Positions 13,081 to 24,020 of a DNA stretch of 64,000 bases are shown here, piece by piece; position 1 is the first letter of the stretch, and every line of letters begins with the position of its first letter. The notes under the pieces were generated by a model. It was not told where the DNA came from. It worked only from the letters and a program-made list of their open reading frames with translations, and did no database searches. The translations under genes were made by a program, and so were the position numbers. Location of the stretch: positions 1 through 64,000 of the forward strand of contig NW_026575814.1 in NCBI RefSeq assembly GCF_028641065.1, given 5' to 3'. This DNA comes from Leucoraja erinacea. Its lineage: Eukaryota.

Positions 13081-13944
13081 ATATAACCATATAACTATAT
13101 AACAATTACAGCACGGAAACAGGCCATCTCGGCCCTACAAGTCCATGCCGAACAAATTTTTTTTTTCCCCTTAGTCCCACCCGCCTGCACTCATACCATA
13201 ACCCTCCATTCCCTTCTCATCCATATGCCTATCCAATTTATTTTTAAATGATACCAATGAACCTGCCTCCACCACTTCCACTGGGAGCTCATTCCACACC
13301 GCCACCACTCTCTGCGTTAAGAAGTTCCCCCTCATATTACCCCTAAACTTCTGTCCCTTAATTCTGAAGTCATGTCCTCTTGTTTGAATCTTCCCTATTC
13401 TCAAAGGGAAAAGCTTGTCCACATCAACTCTGTCTATCCCTCTCATCATTTTAAAGACCTCTATCAGGTTCCCCCTTAACCTTCTGCGCTCCAGAGAATA
13501 AAGACCTAACTTATTCAACCTATCTCTGTAACTTAGTTGTTGAAACCCAGGCAACATTCTAGTAAATCTCCTCTGTACTCTCTCTATTTTGTTGACATCC
13601 TTCCTATAATTGGGCAACCAAAATTGTACACCATACTCCAGATTTGGTCTCACCAATGCCTTGTACAATTTTAACTTTACATCCCAGCTTCTATACTCAA
13701 TGCTCTGATTTATAAAGGCTAGCATACCAAAAGCTTTCTTTACCACCCTATCTATATGAGATTCCACCTTCAAGGAACTATGCACGGTTATACCCAGATC
13801 CCTCTGTTCAACTGTATTCTTCAATTCCCTACCATTTACCATGTACGTCCTATTTTGATTTGTCCTGCCAAGGTGTAGCACCTCACATTTATCAGCATTA
13901 AACTCCATCTGCCATATTTCAGCCCATTTTTCCAAATGGCCTAA
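13081..13944 (-). mobile_element. CR1 LINE family B 3' end, (GGTTATAT)n tail
   Basis: ORF 13171-13935 WQMEFNADKCEVLHLG...LVRPNLEYGVQFW. Further family-B pieces at about 19466-19750, 24371-24712, 25525-26490 (with nested inverted copy 25923-26347), 33659-34047, 35392-35540, 57156-57786 and 58169-58566. Confidence 0.9.
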
Positions 13945-14260
13945 CCATCAGGCTATTGAACACTACCAACAGCAACTACACATAGAACTACGATCTGTCT
14001 TGTTTTGAATCAGGGACTTTGGGTTTCTACACTAATTGACACTAATATTTTTTGACACCAATATTTGACACTAATATTTTTTTTAATCTACTGAGCTTCC
14101 TTTTCGGTTTTGTTTTTATTACATTACCTATTGAGTGCCATGTTCACAGACCTGTTCTGCTACTGCAAGTAAGAATATCTTTGTTCCATTTCTCTACATA
14201 TGATAAGTAAGCACTTGTGACTTTTGACTCTGAACTAAATGCTTAATTAAGTATAATATA

Positions 14261-14687
14261 ATATAACCATATAACAATTACAGCATGGAAACAGGCCATC
14301 ACGACCCTTTTTTAGTCCGTGCCGAACACATAATCTCCCCTAGTCCCATATACCTGCGCTCAGACCATAACCCTCCATTCCCTTCCCATCCATATAACTA
14401 TCCAATTTATTTTTAAATGATAAAAAAACGAACCTGCCTCCACCACCTTCACTGGAAGCTCATTCCACACAGCTACCACTCTCTGAGTAAAGAAGTTCCC
14501 CCTCATGTTACCCCTAAACTTCAGTCCCTTAATTCTCATGTCATGTCCCCTTGTTTGAATCTTCCCTACTCTCAGTGGGAAAAGCTTTTCCACGTCAACT
14601 CTGTCTATCCCTCTCATCATTTTAAAAACCTCTATCAAGTCCCCCCTTAACCTTCTGCGCTCCAAAGAATAAAGCCCTAACTTGTTC
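14261..14687 (-). mobile_element. CR1 family B 3' end flanked by an 86-bp direct duplication
   Basis: ORF 14360-14665; flanks 14167-14252 and 14689-14774. Confidence 0.88.
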
Positions 14688-15163
14688 TAAGTAAGAATAT
14701 CTTTGTTCCATTTCTCTACACATGATAAGTAAGCACTCGTGACTCTTGACTCTGAACTAAATGCTTAATTAAGTGAGCAAATTAAAAGCAATACAGTAAA
14801 TGGGTATGATCTCAATACCAGTACGGAACTTATGTCCGTATTCGTAAGGTTGTTGGACCTATAGGAAGAAGAGATGGGACGAATGGGGAGGTGGTGCATC
14901 GATATTAAAAAGGAGGACATCAGTAAAATGGTGAGAAATGATCGGATCATAGATCATAACATAGGGTTTGGTTTAGTTTACTTTAAATGGGTATGAAGGA
15001 ACTGCAGATGCTGGTTAAAACCAAAGATAAACCCAAAAAGCTGGAGTAACTCAGCGGGAGATGCTTCAGGCTAGTTTTAGGGATAAGGAAACTAGAGATA
15101 TTGACAATGATGTGGAGATAAAGAACAATTAATGAAAGCATGCAAAAAAGTGATGATGATGAG

Positions 15164-15314
15164 ATCGCTTCTCGGCCTTTTGGCTAAGATCAAGTGTAGT
15201 ATCTGTTCTTATCAGTTTAATATCTGATACGTCCCTCAGCTAGGGACCATATAGTAAATTGATTTTTGGAACAGGGAGATGGAATAGGGGCTTGCTCCGT
15301 CCACTCCACGCATC
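15164..15314 (+). pseudogene. U2: U2 snRNA pseudogene (about nt 1-151, 3'-truncated)
   Basis: ATCGCTTCTCGGCCTTTTGGCTAAGATCAAGTGTAGTATCTGTTCTTATCAGTTTAATATCTGATACGTCC... through CCACTCCACGCATC. Branch-pairing GTAGTA and Sm site ATTTTTG are present. Stem-loop IV is missing and the upstream flank is repeat sequence. Confidence 0.92.
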
Positions 15315-15319
15315 CCAGG

Positions 15320-16277
15320 TTATTTCAAAAAATTCAAATTCGGCCACGACTAAAAATAGGTTGCCGTTTTAAAAATTGGTAATTTTTTAGTCGAAGCCGG
15401 TTGCGATGCTAGTTGAAGGTGGTTGCCGGAGGTTGCCGGAGGCTGCAACCTCCGGCAACCACCTGCAACCTCCGGCAACCACCTGCAACCTCCGGCAACT
15501 ACCTGCAACCTCTGGCAACCACCTGCAACCTCCGGCAACCACCTGCAACCTCCGGCAACTACCTGCAACCTCCGGCAACCACCTGCAACCTCCGGCAACC
15601 ACCTGCAACCTCCGGCAACTACCTGGAACCTCCGGCAACCACCTGCAACCTCCGGCAACCACCTGCAACCTCCGGCAACCACCTGCAACCTCCGGCAACC
15701 ACCTGCAACCTCCGGCAACTACCTGCAACCTCCGGCAACTACCTGCAACCTCCGGCAACCACCTGCAACCTCCGGCAACCACCTGCAACCTCCGGCAACC
15801 ACCTGCAACCTCCGGCAACCACCTGCAACCTCCGGCAACTACCTGCAACCTCCGGCAACCACCTGCAACCTCCGGCAACTACCTGCAACCGCCGGCAACC
15901 ACCTGCAACCTACGGCAACCACCTGCAACCTCCGACAACCACCTGCAACCGCCGACAACCACCTGCAACCGCCGGCAACCACCTGCAACCTCCGGCAACT
16001 ACCTGCAACCTCCGGCAACCACCTGCAACCTCCGGCAACCACCTGCAACCTCCGGCAACTACCTGCAACCTCCGGCAACCACCTCAACTAGCATCGCAAC
16101 AGGCTTCGACTAAAAAATGACCGATTTTTAAAACGGCAACCGATTTTTAGTCGCGGTCGGTTTTGAATTTTTTGAAATAATCGCCGGAACGTAAAAGAAA
16201 TGGAAAACACTTTCGGCCATTCGGGAGACTGACAAAAACTTCCGGGAACCTCAGGTTTCCTAAGTGGGGCAGGGGCT
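15320..16277. mobile_element. Palindromic non-autonomous DNA transposon (PIF/Harbinger-like terminus), left end lost
   Basis: Inverted arms of about 115 bp (15320-15436 vs 16066-16180); right terminus GGTTTCCTAAGTGGGGCAGGGGCT shared with the short MITE copies. Confidence 0.65.
15443..16084 (+). repeat. 20-bp minisatellite (ACCTGCAACCTCCGGCAACY), about 32 copies
   Basis: Direct reading; it explains the repetitive ORFs between 15350 and 16120. Confidence 0.95.
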
Positions 16278-17930
16278 TATGATATTTAAAAAAGTTTCTC
16301 CCAACCCCCCAACCCCCACATAAAACAAACTAAAGAACACTAAAACATACTATTGAAACAACAAAGAAGTAAGTGACAGACAGACTGTTGGCGAGGCAGC
16401 CATTCCTGGCGCCACCTGGTGGTCATGTTCCAAGTTAACAATAGAGATGTCAGTTGGATTTAATGTTGGTAGGATTTGGTGGTAGGATTTATTTATATGG
16501 TCCGACGTGTTTTTAACACTGGACATGAATAATTTCAAAACATTTGTGTAAACAGGAGTTACATAGCCATGTACACGGCAAAAACGTAAACTGCAGCTGC
16601 TGCTGCTGCTGCTGCGGCCCGACCAGAGAGTCGGAAGCTTCAACGGCAGGTCTGTGGACGGCGGCACCGGGAGCCCGCGGGTCCCTGGAGGGAGACCGCT
16701 TTTCAGGGCTCTCGCAACGGCGACTTCCCCCGCCCGAGTTGCGGGGTTGAAGAGCTCCTGGAGCGGGGCCTAACATCACTGCCCCGCGCGGCTTGAAATG
16801 GCCGCGGGACTCTGCGAGCGCACGCCGGGGGCTCTAACACCAAGACCCGGTGTGCGACCTCGCACCACCCGGCGTGGCTTTAATGGCTGCGGGACAATCG
16901 CCATCGCCAGCCGGGGGCTTTGACTTTGACTCTGACATGGGGGGGGGGGGGGGGGGGAGAGTGCAGTGGAGAGATAAGTTTTTTTGGCCTTCCATCACAG
17001 CGATGTGATGGATGTTTATGTAAATTTTGTTGTGCCTTTGGGTCTATGTGTTTGTAAATGTATGGCTGCAGAAACGGCATTTCGTTTGGACCTCAAGGGG
17101 TCCAAATGACAATTAAATGTATCTTGTATCTTGTATCTTGCACTTTGACTGATTTAGCAGTGAAGGGACAACTTGTACAATGTATATGAGTTGTTTTTTT
17201 CTGGATCAACATGGGGACATGTTCTGCTGTTGCAAATAAGAATTTCATTGGTCTGTCTGGGGAATATGACAACAAAACACTGTTGACTCGTGAACCAACA
17301 GGAGAGTTTAGTGTAGTTTACTTTAGAGACACATCATGGAATCAGGCCCTTTGGGTCACTGAGTCCGTGTCGCCAAGCGATCTCCCATACACAAGTTTTA
17401 TCATCCACATCAGAGACACTTTACTGAAATCTATTAATCTACAAACCTATGTCTTAATATGGGAGGAAACCGGAGCACCCTGAGGAAATCAACATGGTCA
17501 CAGGGAGAATGTGCAGAAACATAGAAACATAGGAAATAGGTGCAGGAGGAGGCCATTCGGCCGTTCGAGCCAGCACCACCATTCATTGTGATCATGGCTG
17601 ATCATCCCCAATCAATAACCCGTGCCTGCCTTCTCCCCATATCCCTTGATTCCACTAGCCCCTAGAGCTCCATCCAGTGATTTGGCCTGCACTGCCCGCT
17701 GTGGCAGGGAATTCCACAAATTTGTCACTCCCTGGGTGACAACGTTTTTTCTCACCTCAGCCTTAAATGGCCTCCCCTTTATTCTAAGGCTGTGGCCCCT
17801 GGTTCTGGACTCGCCCAACATTGGGACCATTATTCCTGCATCTAGCTTGTCCAGTCCTTTTATAATTTTATATGTTTCTATAAGATCCCCTCATCCTTCT
17901 AAACTCCAGTGAATACAAGCCTAGTCTTTT

Positions 17931-19085
17931 CTGGATGAGGGAATTGAAGGCAATATCTCCAAGTTTGCGGATGACACTAAGCTGGGGGGGGGGCAGTGTT
18001 AGCTGTGAGGAGGATGCTAGGAGACTGCAAGGTGACTTGGATAGGCTGGGTGAGTGGGCAAATGTTTGGCAGATACAGTATAATGTGGATAAATGTGAGG
18101 TTATCCATTTTGGTGGCAAAAACAGGAAAGCAGACTATTATCTAAATGGTGGCCGATTGGGAAAGGGGGAGATGCAGCGAGACCTGGGTGTCATGGTACA
18201 CCAGTCATTGAAGGTAGGCATGCAGGTGCAGCAGGCAGTAAAGAAAGCAAATGGTATGTTAGCTTCACCAGACTGATTCCTGGGATGTCAGGACTGTCTT
18301 ATGAAGAAAGACTGGATAGACTTGGTTTATACTCTCTAGAATTTAGGAGATTGAGAGGGGATCTTATAGAAACTTACAAAATTCTTAAGGGGTTGGACAG
18401 GCTAGATGCAGGAAGATTGTTCCCGAAAGTTGAATCTCATGTAGATAGGGTGGTAAAGAAAGCTTTTGGTGTGCTGGCCTTTATAAATCAGAGCATTGAG
18501 TATAGAAGTTGGGATGTAATGTTAAAATTGTACAAGGCATTGGTGAGGCCAATTCTGGAGTATAGTGTACAATTTTGGTCAACAAAATAGAGAGAGTACA
18601 GAGGAGATTTACTAGAATGTTGCCTGGGTTTCAGCAACTAAGTTACAGAGAAAGGTTGAACAAGTTAGGGCTTTATTCTTTGGAGCGCAGAAGGTTAAGG
18701 GGGGACTTGATAGAGGTCTTTAAAATGATGAGAGGGATAGACAGAGTTGACGTGGAAAAGCTTTTCCCACTGAGAGTAGGGAAGATTCAAACAAGGGGAC
18801 ATGACATGAGAATTAAGGGACTGAAGTTTAGGGGTAACATGAGGGGGAACTTCTTTACTCAGAGAGTGGTGGCTGTGTGGAATGAGCTTCCAGTGAAGGT
18901 GGTGGAGGCAGGTTCGTTTTTATCATTTAAAAATAAATTGGATAGTTATATGGATGGGAAGGGAATGGAGGGTTATGGTCTGAGCGCAGGTATATGGGAC
19001 TAGGGGAGATTATGTGTTCGGCACGGACTAGAAGGGTCGAGATGGCCTGTTTCCGTGCTGTAATTGTTATATGGTTATATTATAT
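17931..19085 (+). mobile_element. Chimeric CR1: family A (17931-18427) fused to family B (18428-19085)
   Basis: Sequence switches at TTCCCGAAAG from DAGRLFP (A) to KVESHVDRVV (B); ends in the family B (GGTTATAT)n tail. Confidence 0.85.
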
Positions 19086-19087
19086 GT

Positions 19088-19939
19088 TACCTGGCCTGCA
19101 GCATGGCCTATACCAACTACTTGAGGGAAATGCTGGAGGCGGACATGGCGGACAGTGAGGGGACGTACATGGGGGGGGGGGGGGGTCTGGGTGGTGGAGG
19201 AGCTGGGAGGAGGCGGTGGGGATGCGGGGGGTGGTGGCGGTGCCGAGGGACAACTGGGCTGCTGCCAGCTCCTCCGTCTCGCTGTCGACCGGCGATGCTG
19301 GGGCCTTGGTCTGAGCCGCCACGTATTGGAGTTCGCTCGGGAGAGCGGCAACCGAGAGTGCGTCTTGGAAACCACCACTGTCCAGCATCGAGCCATCGGG
19401 CTCTACCAGGCCCAGGGCTTTTGGGTGACCAGGGACAAGGTGCCATTGCCCGGACAACCGGGCAATATAACTATCCAATTTATTTTTAAATGATAAAAAC
19501 GAACCTGCCTCCACCACCTTCACTGGAAGCTCATTCCACACAGCTACCACTCTCTGAGTAAAGAAGTTCCCCCTCATGTTACCCCTAAACTTCAGTCCCT
19601 TAATTCTCATGTCATGTCCCCTTGTTTGAATCTTCCCTACTCTCAGTGGGAAAAGCTTTTCCACGTCAACTCTGTCTATCCCTCTGATCATTTTAAAAAC
19701 CTCTATCAAGTCCCCCCCTTAACCTTCTGCGCTCCAAAGAATAAAGCCCTGATTCAGTATGGGATCAGAGTAGATTGGTGCCTAATGGTCAGCGTGGACA
19801 CAATGGGCCAAAGTGCCCGTTTCTATGGTGTATGACTAGCTACATCAGGGAATAGAAGGGGCATGGACTCTCCTTAGTCACCAACATCTACCTGTGCGAG
19901 ATGAGGTTGTATCCTCTGGATGCTGGGAATCACCACTGA
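19088..19939 (+). pseudogene. NAT8/camello-family paralogue, 5'-truncated, frameshifted and interrupted
   Basis: YLACSMAYTNYLREMLEADMADSEGTYMG, a frameshift in a G-run, then VWVVEE...CCQLLRLAVDRR...VLEFARESGNRECVLETTTVQHRAIGLYQAQGF. An insertion of about 400 bp (19466-19858) follows, then the C-terminus VTNIYLCEMRL...TGA (19877-19939), matching VTNIYVCELRL of the intact gene. Confidence 0.85.
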
Positions 19940-20315
19940 ACACGGTGGGTGTTGACATGAACGATAAAGGAATCTTTCCAACGAGATATAGTCTATGAGC
20001 TCTCACTGGTGTGGGGAGCGATGGAGCTAATGTTGGGGGCTGGGGAATGCGGGAAGGGGAGTGGTGGGGTGGTGTGAGGAGTGGCAGGGTGGAGAGTGCG
20101 GGAAAGGGAGGGGAGTGGAGGGTGGACTGGAGAGTGGAGGTCAAGGCATTTGGAGCAGATCGAGATTGAGTGGAATTTTCAATGAAGTGCCCGTTCAACC
20201 TAAACTCCAGCGAGTAGAGGCCCAGTGCTGTCAAACGCCCATCATATGCTAACCCACTCAGGCCTAGAATCATTCTTGTGAAGGGACAGTTACATTCGTA
20301 GAACCATCGGATTCA

Positions 20316-20928
20316 TATAAACCATTTAACCATATAACAATTACAGCACGAAAACAGGCCATCTCGACCCTTCTAGTCCGTGCCGAACACATAATCTCCC
20401 CTAGTCCCATATACCTGCGCTCAGACCATAACCCTCCATTCCCTTCCCATCCATATAACTATCCAATTTATTTTTAAATGATAAAAACGAACCTGCCTCC
20501 ACCACATCCACTGGAAGCTCATTCCACACAGCTACCACTCTCTGAGTAAAGAAGTTCCCCCTCATGTTACCCCTAAACTTCAGTCCCTTAATTCTCAAGT
20601 CATGTCCCCTTGTTTGAATCTTCCCTACTCTCAGTGGGAAAAGCTTTTCCACGTCAACTCTGTCTATCCCTCTCATCATTTTAAAAACCTCTATCAAGTC
20701 CCCCCTTAACCTTCTGCGCTCCAAAGAATAAAGCCCTAACTTGTTCAACCTTTCTCTGTAACTTAGTTGCTGAAACCCAGGCAACATTCTAGTAAATCTC
20801 CTCTGTACTCTCTCTATTTTGTTGACATCCTTCCTATAATTAGGCGACCAAAATTGTACACCATACTCCAGAATTGGCCTCACCAATGCCTTGTACAATT
20901 TTAACATTACATCCCAACTTCTATACTC
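20316..20928 (-). mobile_element. CR1 family B 3' end flanked by a 46-bp direct duplication
   Basis: ORF 20401-20907; flanks 20270-20315 and 20927-20972. Confidence 0.9.
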
Positions 20929-21983
20929 ATTCTTTTGAATGGACAGCTACATTCTTAGAACCATCGGATTCAGTATGGGATCAGAGTAGATTGGTGCCTA
21001 ATGGTCAGCGTGGACACAATGGGCCAAAGTGCCCGTTTCTATGGTGTATGACTAGCTACATCAGGGAAGAGAAGGGGAATGGAGGTACAATTAATTGCCG
21101 GAGTAACTCAGAGGAACAGGTAGCATCTCTGGAGAGAAGGAATGGGTGAGTTTCCGGGACGATACCCCTCTTCACACTGAGAGTCAGGGGAGAGGGAGAC
21201 ATGGAGATGTGGAAGTTTCAGGTGTGAAAACAGTTCAAAGCGGAAGTTGAACAAGGAAAATATAGAGTGGTTCACTGACGCTGAGGGGAAGTTGACAAAC
21301 AGGCAAAATCGATAAAGTTTAATCAGGAGGACAGTGAAACTAGTTGGAGAACAAGGATGGGGGAGGGACGGAGAGAGGAAACGCAAGGGTTACTTGAAGT
21401 TAGAGAAATCAATGATCATACCGCTAGGTGGTTGAGGGGCCCGTTTCCACACTATATCTCTAAGATGTGCTGCGGACACTGCCCTGGCCAGCACTGGCCC
21501 CGACGGGCAAAAGCTTCAGCATTCTGTCGGATATTTACTGCTTCTCTTCATTTCTCCCGTCTCTCTCTCTAAACCTATCTATCTCTCTCTCCTTCTGTCT
21601 CCTCCATTTCACTGTGTCGCTCTCTTTCGCTTTCGGTGACATGCTCCCCTTCTGTCTATCTCCACTGTCTCTGCCTCTCCCTTAGTCTATCTCTCTGTCT
21701 TTCCCTCTGTCTGTCGGCCTCTCACTGTCTTTCTCTGCCTCTCTCACTGTCTTTCTCTCTCTCTTTCTCTCACGCCCTCCCACGGCGCTCATTGCTGCCC
21801 ATCACTGCCCCTCCGGCGGCTCTCCTTCCTGCTTGTCCCGCGTCCCTCCATCCTCGCCGCCCCTCCAGCGGCCCTCCATCCTCGCCGCCCCTTCCCACGT
21901 CCCTTCTTCCTCGCCTCCCTTCCCACGGCCCTCCCTCCTCTCTGCCCTACCAGTGGCGCTGCAACCGGGAAGCTTGAGAGGGC

Positions 21984-23157
21984 TTGAGTATAGAAGTTGG
22001 GATGTAATGTTAAAATTGTACAAGGCATTGGCGAGGCCAATTCTGGAATATGGTGTACAATTTTGGTCGCCTAATTATAGGAAGGATGTCAACAAAATAG
22101 AGAGAGTACAGAGGAGATTTACTAGAATGTTGCCTGAGTTACAGAGAAAGGTTGAACAAGTTAGGGCTTTATTCTTTGGAGCGCAGAAGGTTAAGGGGGG
22201 ACTTGATAGAGGTTTTTAAAATGATGAGAGGGATAGACAGAGTTGACGTGGAAAAGCTTTTCCCACTGAGAGTAGGGAAGATTCAAACAAGGGGACATGA
22301 CATGAGAATTAAGGGACTGAAGTTTAGGGGTAACATGAGGGGGAACTTCTTTACTCAGAGAGTGGTGGCTGTGTGGAATGAGCTTCCAGTGAAGGTGGTG
22401 GAGGCAGGTTCGTTTTTATCATTTAAAAATAAATTGGATAGTTATATGGATGGGAAGGGAATGGAGGGTTATGGTCTGAGCGCAGGTATATGGGACTAGG
22501 GGAGAGTATGTGTTCGGCACGGACTAGAGGGGTCGAGATAGGAGCAGAGAGGTTCTACTGCAGTTGTACAGGGTCTTGGTGAGACCACACCTGGAGTATT
22601 GCGTACAGTTTTGGTCTCCAAATCTGAGGAAGGACATTATTGCCATAGAGGGAGTGCAGAGACGGTTCACCAGACTGATTCCTGGGAGGTCAGGACTGTC
22701 TTATGAAGAAAGACTGGATAGACTTGGTTTATACTCTCTAGAATTTAGAAGATTGAGAGGGGATCTTATAGAAACTTACAAAATTCTTAAGGGGTTGGAC
22801 AGGCTAGATGCAGGAAGATTGTTCCCGATGTTAGGGAAGTCCAGGACAAGGGGTCACAGCTTAAGGATAAAGGGGCAATCCTTTAAAACCGAGATGAGAA
22901 GAACTTTTTTCACACAGAGAGTTGTGAATCTCTGGAACTCTCTGCCACAGGGGGTAGTCGAGGCCAGTTCATTGGCTATATTTAAGAGGGAGTTAGATGT
23001 GGCCCTTGTGGCTAAGGGGATCAGAGGGTATGGAGAGAAGGCAGGTACGGGATACTGAGTTGGATGATCAGCCATGATCATATTGAATGGCGGTGCAGGC
23101 TCGAAGGGCCGAATGGCCTACTCCTGCACCTAATTTATATGTTTCTATGTTTCTATG
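21984..23157 (+). mobile_element. Tandem CR1-B (21984-22538) and CR1-A (22539-23157) 3' ends
   Basis: ORFs 22152-22499 and 22564-23058; family A tail at the end. Confidence 0.88.
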
Positions 23158-23546
23158 AACATTGGCCACAGTGATGTGATTCCCCAGGTAGTGGAGGACG
23201 GGGACTCTCTGGGTGGCGGTGCAAGAGCGGGTACCATGGGTGCGGAGAAGGGCAGGGTCTTTTCGCTTTGTGTCCTCCGGTTGGACAGGTCCGTTCACTG
23301 CCAGTCCCGGAGATTTCCAACGACTTCATCGTCGCCAATCCGGTTACAGAGGGCGGTGGGAGTGTGCAGGAAACTGGCCATTCACCAGGCCGCTTGTCAC
23401 AGTCAGGGGCACCCGTACTTGCCGCCGTCACTGATCCTGGGGGTGAGATGGTGACAGTGTACGGACCAGGTGACATGGCCTGCGCGCCCACTTCACATGG
23501 TCACATGGAAGGGGTGAGAGAGGCAGCTGAGAATAGGAACCTAAGG

Positions 23547-24020
23547 TTACACAAAAAAAGCTGGAGAAACTCAGCGGGTGCAGCAGCATCTATGGAGCGA
23601 AGGAAATAGGCAACATTTCGGGCCGAAACCCTTCTTCAGACTGATCGGGGGGCGGGGGTGGGCGGGGACAAGAAAGGGAAAAGGAGGAGGAGCCAGAAGG
23701 CTGGGGGATGGGAGGAGACAGCAGGGGGGCTGAGGAGGGGGAGGAGACAGCAAGGACTAACAAAATTGGGAGAATTCGATGTTCATGCCCCCGGGATGCA
23801 GACTCCCCAAACGGAATATGAGGTGCTGTTCCTCCAATTTCCGGTGCTGCTCGCTGTGGCCATGGAGGAGACCCAGGACAGAGAGGTCGGAGACGGAGTG
23901 GGAGGGGGAGTTGAAGTGCTGAGCCACCAGGAGGTCAGCTTGGTTATTGCGGACCGAGCGGAGGTGTTCGGCGAAACGATCGCCCAACCTCCGCTTGGTC
24001 TCACCAATATAGATCTGCTG
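23547..24020 (-). mobile_element. Penelope-like element 3' part (GIY-YIG endonuclease) with hammerhead-like motif
   Basis: QIYIGETKRRLGDRFAEHLRSVR...VAQHFNSPSH...RKLEEQHLIFRLGSLHPGGMNIEF; minus-strand CTGAAGA-A-GGG..CCC-GAAA at about 23612-23639. Confidence 0.85.

Noticed and set aside
15350-16120. Several 120-235 aa repetitive ORFs on both strands; superficially CRISPR-like array
   Set aside because: These are translations of a stop-free 20-bp minisatellite; there are no unique spacers and no cas genes.
16544-17140. GC-rich ORFs with a poly-Gln/Cys (CTG)n run
   Set aside because: Ends in a (TATCTTG)n tail like a retroposon 3' end; no protein motif, and the family could not be assigned.
21540-21980. 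CT-rich tract followed by a GC-rich segment with ORFs
   Set aside because: Low complexity; no homology to the missing NAT8 paralogue 5' end and no recognisable domain.
22854-23081. Recurrent MIMADHPTQYPVPAFSPY and MISHDHIEWR ORFs that look like a multigene family
   Set aside because: Antisense or 3'UTR translations of CR1 family A copies.
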